IMG/VR virus record: IMGVR_UViG_3300033067_000499
Location: 1-30,408 of that record
Length of the DNA stretch: 30,408 bases
DNA from: a virus
Taxonomy: Duplodnaviria; Caudoviricetes
Strand: one strand, 5' to 3'
Shown here: positions 23,710-30,408 of the stretch, piece by piece
Layout of the letters: each line of letters opens with the position of its first letter
Position numbering within the stretch: the first letter of the stretch is position 1
Notes under the pieces: model-generated
What the model was told of the DNA's origin: nothing
Databases searched by the model: none
What the model saw: the letters and a program-made list of their open reading frames with translations, nothing else
Translations under genes and position numbers: made by a program

Positions 23710-23866
23710 CCGCCTTCTTCGTCGAAGGTTTCGGCGGCGACGGGAAGTCCGGCCAGCGCTTGCCGATACCGCGGCTGGTCTTGCCTTGGTTGGGGCCGCC
23801 GGCGTCGAACGTCGTGCGCTTGCCTCTGCGGTTGGTGCCGCTGTATCCAGGGGCGTAGGGCATCAC
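23684..23866 (-). CDS. Small basic hypothetical protein, ~60 aa
   Basis: Start (GTG 23866 or ATG 23863) overlaps the DUF2800 stop; reasonable codon bias; Lys/Arg/Gly/Pro-rich. Confidence 0.45.
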   Translation of the reverse strand: MMPYAPGYSGTNRRGKRTTFDAGGPNQGKTSRGIGKRWPDFPSPPKPSTKKAVDRSATKD

Positions 23867-25140
23867 TCAGCTTTCTCCAGATAGGCCTTGAACACCTCGG
23901 ACCCCTGCGTGACCTTGACGGCCAGCCGGCTGTCGTCGGCCAGGGCGACGGTGAGGCCGGTGTCGGGCGAGTACGCCCATTCCTTGACCCACTCTTTGGC
24001 GGCCGGCAGCTTCTCCAGCTCGGCCGGGGACTTCAGCTCGCGCGGCTTCCAGGCGTCGTCGCCGAACTTGCCCTTGGCGATGTCGACCGCCCCGGGCTTG
24101 AACACGCGGTTGGCCTTCTTCCGCACCAGCTTGATGCCTGGCACCTGCGCGCCCCGCATCTGCCGGTCCAGCGCCTCGCGCTCGAGGGCGCGGATGTAGT
24201 GCTTGACCGCCTCGGCCGCCTTGTAGTTGAGGCCCAGGGTCTCGTTGGTCATGTCGGGGATGTGCTTGGCGTTGGCCGTAGCGCCGGCCCCGAACATGGC
24301 GGTCAGCAAGGGGCAAACCAGCTTCGCCGGGCAGAAGCGGCAGTGCTCGCCGGCGTCGAGCCGATCATCGAACTGCGTGGCGTTCATGGCGGGCACCAGC
24401 GTGCCGTGGATCCAGGCCTTGATCTCGCCCACGGTGGTGTCCCACTCGCGGACCTGACCGTCAGGGTGCCACTCGATCCGCGGCTGCGCGATAGCCAGGC
24501 GAACGGTGTGCTCGTCGCGCATGGTGCGGCCGTACTGGCGCTCCAGGCCGTCGATCAGGCCGAAGGCATAATACTTGAGCTGGGGGTTGTCCTCCACCTC
24601 GACGGCCAAGCCCTCGCCGCCCTTCAGATCCACGACGTACAGGACGTGCTTGCCGTCCGGCTCGATCACGGCCGTGCCGAAGTCGGCGGTGCCGTAGAAC
24701 GCGGGATGGACCGGCGAGCTGATGGCGTACTCGATCCAGACGTCGCCGGCGTCAGCGGCCGCGGAGACGCGGCGGCAGTAGTCGAGGTAGACCCCGATGG
24801 GCGTCGCCAGATCCGCGGTGATCTTGGTGTCGTTGTAGGTCGAGCCGACCAGCTCGTAGCTCTCCAGCTCCTCCAGCAGGGCGGTGGCGGCGGCCTCGTG
24901 CATGGCCGTGCCGATGCGGCGATAGTCGGGCTCGTCGCTCTCGCCCAGGTCCAGGCGCTTCAGCAGCTCTACCGAGCCCGGGCACTTCATCCAGCGCTCA
25001 GCACCGGACGCGCCCAGCGGCGAGTGGCCGCGGCGGCTGTGGTCCTGGGGCTCGGCCGGCGCGCGATCAGCCTGGCGGAAGATCTCCGCGGCGCGCTCCT
25101 CGGCGGCCAGCTCGGCCTCGGCGTCTCGAACAACGGTCAT
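23863..25140 (-). CDS. DUF2800 family PD-(D/E)xK (Cas4/RecB-like) exonuclease
   Basis: HSPLGASGAERWMKCPGS, GTAMHE, IEY, GTADF, VVDLKGG, NPQLKYYAFG, IAQPR, GEHCRFCPAKLVCP (Cys cluster). GAGGAG RBS before ATG 25140; the frame is open upstream to GTG 25251. Confidence 0.88.
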   Translation of the reverse strand: MTVVRDAEAELAAEERAAEIFRQADRAPAEPQDHSRRGHSPLGASGAERWMKCPGSVELLKRLDLGESDEPDYRRIGTAMHEAAATALLEELESYELVGSTYNDTKITADLATPIGVYLDYCRRVSAAADAGDVWIEYAISSPVHPAFYGTADFGTAVIEPDGKHVLYVVDLKGGEGLAVEVEDNPQLKYYAFGLIDGLERQYGRTMRDEHTVRLAIAQPRIEWHPDGQVREWDTTVGEIKAWIHGTLVPAMNATQFDDRLDAGEHCRFCPAKLVCPLLTAMFGAGATANAKHIPDMTNETLGLNYKAAEAVKHYIRALEREALDRQMRGAQVPGIKLVRKKANRVFKPGAVDIAKGKFGDDAWKPRELKSPAELEKLPAAKEWVKEWAYSPDTGLTVALADDSRLAVKVTQGSEVFKAYLEKAE

Positions 25141-25254
25141 GGGTGGTGCTCCTCGACTAGCACGGGGATCAATCCACGCCCCTCGAGCCTTGGCCTTGGC
25201 GTTCGCTTCCGCGATCCAGGCCAGCTCTTGGGGCGTGAATTGCTTGGGCACTGG

Positions 25255-25944
25255 CTACTTCGTCAGGGCCGCCAGCTTCGCCAGGAACGTGGCGCGCTGG
25301 GCCTGCGGGATCTCCGTCACCTTGAACTTCTCACCCGCCGGCTTGGTGTTGAACGACTGGATCGTGTCCCGCACCTTGGAGGGGTCGCCCAGGCGCTCGG
25401 CCGTGGTCGAGCAGGCGGCGTTCAGCTCGGCGTCGGAGACGTCGGCCGTGGCGGTGTCGCTCGCCCATTCGTCACCGGACGCTGGGGGAGTGTCCTGGGC
25501 CGCCGGGGCCCCCGACGTTTGCGGCTCGCCACCGCCGCCATTCGGCGGGGCTCCACCGTTTCCCTCAGCACCGGACCCCTGCGAGCCGGAGGAGATAGTC
25601 GGGGAGTTTCCCGCCGCGGCCGCTGCGGCTGCAGCCTCGTCGGCGGCGATCTCGGCCGCGGTGCGGCGCTTGCGGCGCTGCGTCTCGGCCGCCGGCTGTT
25701 CGGCCGAAGCCTGGGCGAGCGGAGCCGTGGCGGCCTCGTTGGTCCCGCGGCCGAGCAGCCGGTCGACCTGACGGGCGGCCAGGGTGCCGGCGAGCTGCAG
25801 AGTATCCCCCGCGGCCGCGTCGTCACCCTCGGCGACGCTGAAGTGCAGATCCACCCGCACCTTGCGCGGCGGCTGGTATTCGACGGCGCTCTTGACGCCG
25901 TCCTCGACGGACACGAGGCCGCCGGTGATTTGCGTTACGGACAT
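25255..25944 (-). CDS. Hypothetical replication-module protein (low-complexity linker, basic RRKRRTAAEI motif, helical C-terminal domain)
   Basis: AGGAGG RBS 5 nt before ATG 25944. The C-terminal SDAELNAAC...VRDTIQSF...KVTEIPQAQRATFL domain resembles the gene usually found upstream of DUF2800. Confidence 0.7.
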   Translation of the reverse strand: MSVTQITGGLVSVEDGVKSAVEYQPPRKVRVDLHFSVAEGDDAAAGDTLQLAGTLAARQVDRLLGRGTNEAATAPLAQASAEQPAAETQRRKRRTAAEIAADEAAAAAAAAGNSPTISSGSQGSGAEGNGGAPPNGGGGEPQTSGAPAAQDTPPASGDEWASDTATADVSDAELNAACSTTAERLGDPSKVRDTIQSFNTKPAGEKFKVTEIPQAQRATFLAKLAALTK

Positions 25945-25970
25945 CATGTCCTCCTGTTAATGCGGGTCCG

Positions 25971-25999
25971 GTCTAGCAGTTAGCCGGCGGCCGCGTCAA
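25971..25999 (-). promoter_or_regulatory. Sigma70-type promoter (alphaproteobacterial style)
   Basis: (C)TTGACG (25999-25994), 17-nt spacer, CTAGAC (25976-25971), just upstream of the AGGAGG of the 25944 gene. Confidence 0.6.
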
Positions 26000-26231
26000 G
26001 CGGAAAGAGTGCGAGCACCTTCTCCGCGTCCTCCAGCCTGGCAGCCACCTCGGCGACTGCGTCGGCATAGGGCGGCGGCGTCCGGTGCAGGATCCCGCTC
26101 CCTACCTGGGCCACGCGGGCGTTCCGCAGGGCGTTGTTCAGGGGATGCTCCACGTCATGCAGCGCTCGGCTGATGCGGTTGAGCCGATCCTGTGCGGCGT
26201 GCGCCGCGGCTATCGTTTCTTCGTGGGTCAC
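25980..26231 (-). CDS. Hypothetical helical protein, ~83 aa (MTHEETIAAAH...)
   Basis: GTGA overlap with the upstream stop; AGGAG RBS; fills the gap between neighbours. Confidence 0.55.
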   Translation of the reverse strand: MTHEETIAAAHAAQDRLNRISRALHDVEHPLNNALRNARVAQVGSGILHRTPPPYADAVAEVAARLEDAEKVLALFPLDAAAG

Positions 26232-26851
26232 CACTCTATGCTCCTGGCTATCTCGATCAGCAGATCCCTGAACGGGAGGGGCGTGCGGTCGCGGATCTCG
26301 GTCTTGTTCTTCCCGCCGACCATGGCCATGTGGCCGATGCGTCGCGCCTTCTCGTAGCCATAGCGGGTGACCATCCACTCTGGCAAGGGCTTATCTGCCT
26401 TCCCCCAAATCAGCTCGGGGAGCCGCACCTTGCAGGCGTAGAGGAAGGTGCCCTTGCGGCTGAAGTGGCCGTAGTGGCCCTGCTCCACGTAGCAGGCGTA
26501 GCCGCCGAAGTCGTCGACCGGCACCCAGCCGCCGGCGCGGGGCGGGTGCTTCAGCCCGTAGTAGGCGTAGGCGTGGGTGTCGGCCGGGTGCTCGACCACG
26601 CCGCCGAAGGTGCGGGCCGCCCACAGCGACTGCGCGAAGCGGCCGCCGTCGTCGCCCAGGTGGTACTGATGGGGCTTGCGGGGTGAGCCGCCCCAATACT
26701 TCCCCCAGCGCTGGCAGGGCGGGTGCGCCACCACCGGGTGGGGGCCGGGGTACTCGCGGCTGCCGCGGGGCAGGGCCCAGGGGTCGACGCCCTCCAGCCC
26801 GAAGTAGACGCCGTCAGCCTCAACGTAGAGCGCAGCGATCTGCAGGGGCAT
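26228..26851 (-). CDS. Divergent minimal C5-cytosine DNA methyltransferase-like protein, 207 aa
   Basis: Catalytic-type VVAHPPCQRW (motif IV), VVEHP (motif VI, ENP-like), EQGHYGHFSRKGTFLY (motif VIII-like) and C-terminal RDRTPLPFRDLL. No FxGxG motif I. Confidence 0.6.
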   Translation of the reverse strand: MPLQIAALYVEADGVYFGLEGVDPWALPRGSREYPGPHPVVAHPPCQRWGKYWGGSPRKPHQYHLGDDGGRFAQSLWAARTFGGVVEHPADTHAYAYYGLKHPPRAGGWVPVDDFGGYACYVEQGHYGHFSRKGTFLYACKVRLPELIWGKADKPLPEWMVTRYGYEKARRIGHMAMVGGKNKTEIRDRTPLPFRDLLIEIARSIEW

Positions 26852-28464
26852 TACATCCTCCGGTCCAGGGCCTTGTGGGTGTCTTGCTTCTTCCGCAGGC
26901 TGGTGCCCAGCACCCGCTCGCTGAAGCTGCCCTTCGCCACGAGGAAGTCGAACAGCACCTCCCCGCTCTGGCCCATGCGGTCGAGCCTGTCAATGGCCTG
27001 CTCGTTGTTGCCGGGGGTCCAGTCGCACTCGGCGGCGACGCCGCGCTGGCACACCTCCTGCAGCCCGTCCGTGCCCGTGCCCATGCTGAGCAGGTTGCCG
27101 ACGATCAGCCGGTGGACGGGGGAGCGGAAGGCCTCGATCACCGCCTGTTTCTTGGAGGGCGGGGTCGAGCCGTCGATGCGGAGCGGGTTGTAGCGGGCCA
27201 GCTTCTTGCAGAGGATGTCGAGCACCTGGGTGTGCCAGGCGAACACGACCACCTTCTCCTCGCCGCCCTCGAGCAGCATGTCGACGTAGTCGGCGGCGTG
27301 CGGGGCGATAGCAATGCCCATCATCCGGCGCACCGTCGAGATCTGGCCCATGATGGCCGCGTCGACCCCCTCTAGGTTCTCGGGGTCGATGTCCAGCATG
27401 CTCTCGGCGCGCAGCGCAGCCTTGATGTGCTGGTCCTCCTCGACGTGGACGATGTCCAGGGCCGGCAGCTTGAGCTGGGGCAGCACCTCCCGCTTCAGCC
27501 GGCGCACCATGAAGTTGGCGCGGAGCCGTGCCTGCAGCTCCCCGGAGCGGCCGACCCGCTCGTCGATGTAGAGCCGGCCGTCCTTGGTTTCCTTCTGCTC
27601 CGAGGGGTTGAAGCGGATGCTGAACTTCTCCTCCGACATCCAGTCGATGCTGTCGAAGCACAGCCCCCGGGCCAGGGTGTAAGCCTCGCGCGGCCGGTTC
27701 GGCAGCGGCGTGCCGGTCAGCCCGCAGACGTAGGCGCAGCGGCTGGCGAGGTGCTCAAACTCGCGGTTCTCCCCGCCCCCGAACACCGCGCGCGTGCGCT
27801 GGCTGTCGATGGTCTTGAGATAGTGCGCCTCGTCGAGGATCAGCAGATCGTAGTAGCCCTTGGCCAAGGCGCGGCCGATGGCCGGCGTGCGCGCCAGATC
27901 GTAGCTGACGACGGTCCAGGCTGCGTCGGGGTGGACGCCGTGCCGGCCGTGCAGAATGGGGTAGACGGTGAAGGGCCACGTCATGGTCGTCCACTCGCGG
28001 ATCCGCTTCACCCACTGCAGGCGGATGTTCGCCGGGCAGAGCACGAGGATCCGCTTCGCCTGCATTTCGTTGGCGAGGCAGATCCCCTGCATGGTCTTGC
28101 CGAGGCCGGGCTGATCGCCGATCAGGCAATTCTCCCGGCGCAGGGCGTACTCCACCCCCGCCTTCTGGAACGGCGACAGCTCTTTGTCGGCCGGGCAGGC
28201 GATGTGCGCCTGGCTTTCGGCCGCCCACGAGCTGGCGACCTGGGCCTGCAGCTCCTGCAGGACCGCGGCCGCGCGGGGCGTCGCGTGTTCGAAGAAGGCG
28301 ACCGCGGCGTAGGGCTCGGCCGTGAACAGGACGTCCTCCAGCTCATTCGAGAGGGGAACGCTCCTGTCCAGGCCGTGTTCCTTCATGATCACCCCCGGAT
28401 CCGCCTCCCAGCGGGGGACGTTGAGAGTGAACTTCCGGGTCTCGGGGTAGTAGTCCAGCTTCAC
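26851..28464 (-). CDS. SNF2-family (SF2) helicase/annealing ATPase, 537 aa
   Basis: GDQPGLGKT, LCPA, VSYD, LDEAH, LTGTP, RRLKREVLPQL, VFAWH, IDGST, WTPGNNEQAIDRLDRMGQ. GTG start at 28464 by GTGA overlap. Confidence 0.92.
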   Translation of the reverse strand: MKLDYYPETRKFTLNVPRWEADPGVIMKEHGLDRSVPLSNELEDVLFTAEPYAAVAFFEHATPRAAAVLQELQAQVASSWAAESQAHIACPADKELSPFQKAGVEYALRRENCLIGDQPGLGKTMQGICLANEMQAKRILVLCPANIRLQWVKRIREWTTMTWPFTVYPILHGRHGVHPDAAWTVVSYDLARTPAIGRALAKGYYDLLILDEAHYLKTIDSQRTRAVFGGGENREFEHLASRCAYVCGLTGTPLPNRPREAYTLARGLCFDSIDWMSEEKFSIRFNPSEQKETKDGRLYIDERVGRSGELQARLRANFMVRRLKREVLPQLKLPALDIVHVEEDQHIKAALRAESMLDIDPENLEGVDAAIMGQISTVRRMMGIAIAPHAADYVDMLLEGGEEKVVVFAWHTQVLDILCKKLARYNPLRIDGSTPPSKKQAVIEAFRSPVHRLIVGNLLSMGTGTDGLQEVCQRGVAAECDWTPGNNEQAIDRLDRMGQSGEVLFDFLVAKGSFSERVLGTSLRKKQDTHKALDRRM

Positions 28465-28709
28465 CCGATCCGCCCCCGCAGGAGGCGGCCGCCGAGGCCC
28501 TGGGTGCGCGTCGCCGCCATGTCCCAATGGCTGCGCGGGTGCTTGCGGAAGCGCGGCGGCTGGCCCTTGAACGCCAGCACCTGCTGACGAACGGCGAGCG
28601 CCGCCTGATAGCCCTCGGCCGTGGAGCGCTTGCGTGTCAGCGGCTGCAGGCGGATCAGGTTCGCGGCCGCGCCGCGGAGCAGGAAGTCCTTGAGGCTTTC
28701 GAACTGCAC
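28461..28709 (-). CDS. Basic hypothetical protein, 82 aa
   Basis: Packed between neighbours (3-nt gap upstream, GTGA overlap downstream); plausible codon bias. Confidence 0.55.
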   Translation of the reverse strand: MQFESLKDFLLRGAAANLIRLQPLTRKRSTAEGYQAALAVRQQVLAFKGQPPRFRKHPRSHWDMAATRTQGLGGRLLRGRIG

Positions 28710-28712
28710 GGC

Positions 28713-28922
28713 CTAGACCCCCTGCGTGAAGGCGCTGATGTTGCTCGACACGAAGTCGAGGAAGCGGCGGCTGCGGGGCGTCAGCGTGTGCGCCTCATAC
28801 TGGATGTCGCCATCCGGCAGCCGGCGCTGGAACAGGGCGACCTCGCCCTTCTCGTGCGCCTTCCATGCGCGCTTCCGGTCGCGGGAGCGGCAGGGATCGT
28901 AGACGGTGATCTTGGTGGGCAT
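28713..28922 (-). CDS. Hypothetical protein, 69 aa; first gene of the leftward operon
   Basis: AGGAGG RBS 7 nt before ATG; promoter immediately upstream; good codon bias. Confidence 0.7.
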   Translation of the reverse strand: MPTKITVYDPCRSRDRKRAWKAHEKGEVALFQRRLPDGDIQYEAHTLTPRSRRFLDFVSSNISAFTQGV

Positions 28923-28952
28923 TTGACATCCTCCTGTCTGTCGGCCTATGGT
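28923..28952 (+). promoter_or_regulatory. Rightward sigma70-type promoter for primase gene
   Basis: TTGACA (28923-28928), 18-nt spacer, TATGGT (28947-28952). Confidence 0.6.
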
Positions 28953-28978
28953 CTACCAGCGTAGTCGAGGACGCTCAA
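28950..28978 (-). promoter_or_regulatory. Leftward sigma70-type promoter for helicase/replication operon
   Basis: (C)TTGAGC (28978-28973), 17-nt spacer, TAGACC (28955-28950). The same TAGACC hexamer occurs in the promoter at 25971-25999. Confidence 0.55.
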
Positions 28979-28985
28979 GCAGAAA

Positions 28986-30408
28986 ATGCATTCCCCCTGG
29001 AAATACTTCCCCACCGGCCCGGGGCATAAGCGGCCGGCGCTCGAAGGCGACTGGCGCGAACACGCGACCGCCGACGAAGCGCAGATCCACGCGTGGGAGG
29101 CAGCCGGCTACAATCTGGCCCTCGACTGCGAGGCGTCGGGCGTCACGGTGATCGACCTTGACGGCGGCGACGTCGGCGCGACCACCTGGGCCAAGCTGGC
29201 CGAGGAGCATGGGATCGAGCCCACGTATACCGTCCGCACGCCGAAGGGCGGCCGTCACCTCTACTTCGAGGGCGCGGCCGCGACCAGCGTGCAGAAGCTG
29301 GGCCCCAAGGTGGACACCCGCGGCGTCGGCGGCTACGTGCTGGTGCCAGGCAGCGAGACCGAGGACGGCGTCTACAGCGTGCTGGAGGATCGCCCGCTGG
29401 CGCGGCTGCCGGCGTGGATCCCCACGGTGCTGGCGTCGGCCCACGAGGCGCGCGCCGCGGCCGTGGTCGAGCTGGATCTGCCCTCCAACGTCACGCGCGG
29501 GATCGCCTTCCTGCAGGGCCGGCAGCCGGTCTACCAGGGCGACGGGGCCGACGCCAAGACCTACGAGACCGCCGCGCGCCTGCGCGACTTCGGCCTCTCC
29601 CAGGACAAGATCATCGACCTGATGCTGGAGCACTACAAGTGCTTCCCCAAGGACGACCGCTTCGAAGCCTTCATCACCCGCAAAGTCGAAAATGTGCATG
29701 AGTACGCGCAGAACGAAGCGGGTGCATGGGGCGTCACCCCCGGCAGCGAGACGTTCGCGGCCTACCTCGACAGCATGCCGCCAGCGGCTGCCGGGGGTGA
29801 TCAGCCCGACCCGTTCAAGGCCTACACCGAGGCCGAGCAGGACGCGTTCCAAGAGCCGGCGTGGCTGGCGCGGGATCTCCTGCCGGCGGACAGTCTGGTG
29901 ATGCTGCTGGGGCCGCCCGGATCCTACAAGTCGTTCGTGGCGCTCGACATCGGCATGACCCTGGCCGCGGGGGTGCCAGGCTGGGAGCTGCCGGCGGCCG
30001 AGGCGCAGCAGGTGGTCTATGTCGCCGGCGAGGGGCCGCGGTCCATCGGCCGGCTGCGCCGCCCTGCGTGGCGTCTGGCGCGCGGGATCGAGGGCCCGGT
30101 GCCCTTCCATCTGGTGGCGAACATGCCGCTGGCGTCGATGCCCGAGCAGATCCACGCGTTCTGCGCCTCCATCAAGGCCCAGGGCATCCACCCGCGCCTC
30201 GTCGTGATCGACACCCTGGCCCGGTTCATGCTCGGGCTCAACGAGAATGACGCCAAGGACTGCGGCACGGTGATCGCCGCCCTCGACCACATCAAGCGCA
30301 CGCTGCGCTGCACGGTCCTCGTCATCCACCACACCGGCAAGGACGCCGAGCGCGGGAGCCGCGGATCCAATGCCCTGATCGGCGGGATCGAGACGCTGCA
30401 CGAGGTGC
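28986..30408 (+). CDS. Bifunctional primase-polymerase (Prim-Pol) fused to RepA/AAA_25-type helicase; 3'-truncated, absent from the ORF track
   Basis: Manual translation from ATG 28986: MHSPWKYFPTGPGHKRPALEGDWREHAT..., VIDLD, VRTPKGGRHLYF, VDTRGVGGYVLVPGS (Prim-Pol); Walker A GPPGSYKS, YVAGEG, Walker B VVIDTLAR, IHHTGKD...RGSNAL. No stop before the window end. Confidence 0.92.
   Translation, partial: MHSPWKYFPTGPGHKRPALEGDWREHATADEAQIHAWEAAGYNLALDCEASGVTVIDLDGGDVGATTWAKLAEEHGIEPTYTVRTPKGGRHLYFEGAAATSVQKLGPKVDTRGVGGYVLVPGSETEDGVYSVLEDRPLARLPAWIPTVLASAHEARAAAVVELDLPSNVTRGIAFLQGRQPVYQGDGADAKTYETAARLRDFGLSQDKIIDLMLEHYKCFPKDDRFEAFITRKVENVHEYAQNEAGAWGVTPGSETFAAYLDSMPPAAAGGDQPDPFKAYTEAEQDAFQEPAWLARDLLPADSLVMLLGPPGSYKSFVALDIGMTLAAGVPGWELPAAEAQQVVYVAGEGPRSIGRLRRPAWRLARGIEGPVPFHLVANMPLASMPEQIHAFCASIKAQGIHPRLVVIDTLARFMLGLNENDAKDCGTVIAALDHIKRTLRCTVLVIHHTGKDAERGSRGSNALIGGIETLHEV

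Noticed and set aside
23863-25140. Cas4-like nuclease as a sign of a CRISPR-Cas system
   Set aside because: It is the DUF2800 phage replication/recombination nuclease in its usual SSB-polymerase context; no repeat-spacer array or other cas genes are seen.
23677-25983. 768-aa + strand ORF opposite DUF2800 and its neighbour
   Set aside because: Antisense shadow of motif-rich - strand genes.
28953-30401. 482-aa - strand ORF at the right end
   Set aside because: The real gene is the + strand Prim-Pol/helicase from 28986, which the track missed because it lacks a stop in the window.

Overview
The window is a contiguous, gene-dense, high-GC segment of a tailed dsDNA bacteriophage genome (or prophage) with podovirus-type architecture. 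The + strand (1-17887) carries the late operon: tail adaptor (5'-truncated), tail nozzle, three internal virion/ejection proteins, several fibre-like or structural proteins, and a lysis cassette (holin, SAR endolysin, i-spanin with an embedded +1-frame o-spanin). A terminator hairpin at about 17919-17954 separates this from a convergent - strand replication/nucleotide operon (28922 to 17975): SNF2 helicase, a divergent C5-cytosine-methyltransferase-like protein, DUF2800 nuclease, DUF2815 SSB, family A DNA polymerase, RuvC-like resolvase, HTH-metallophosphoesterase and a DUF5664-type dATP/dGTP diphosphohydrolase. A divergent + strand primase-polymerase/helicase gene starts at 28986 and runs off the end. 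Apparent GANTC avoidance and the promoter style suggest an alphaproteobacterial host. The most unusual signals are: (i) a polymerase with several substitutions at normally invariant active-site residues, next to dNTP-pool enzymes and an atypical MTase-like gene; (ii) carbohydrate-binding modules and a ~480-aa insert built into the tail adaptor and nozzle, with no recognisable T7 gp17-type fibre in the window; (iii) a three-layer nested spanin locus; (iv) a structured intergenic RNA upstream of the polymerase; (v) mutually overlapping divergent promoters. All family assignments come from motif recognition by eye, not database searches. I saw no capsid, portal, terminase, integrase, repressor, tRNA or CRISPR array.
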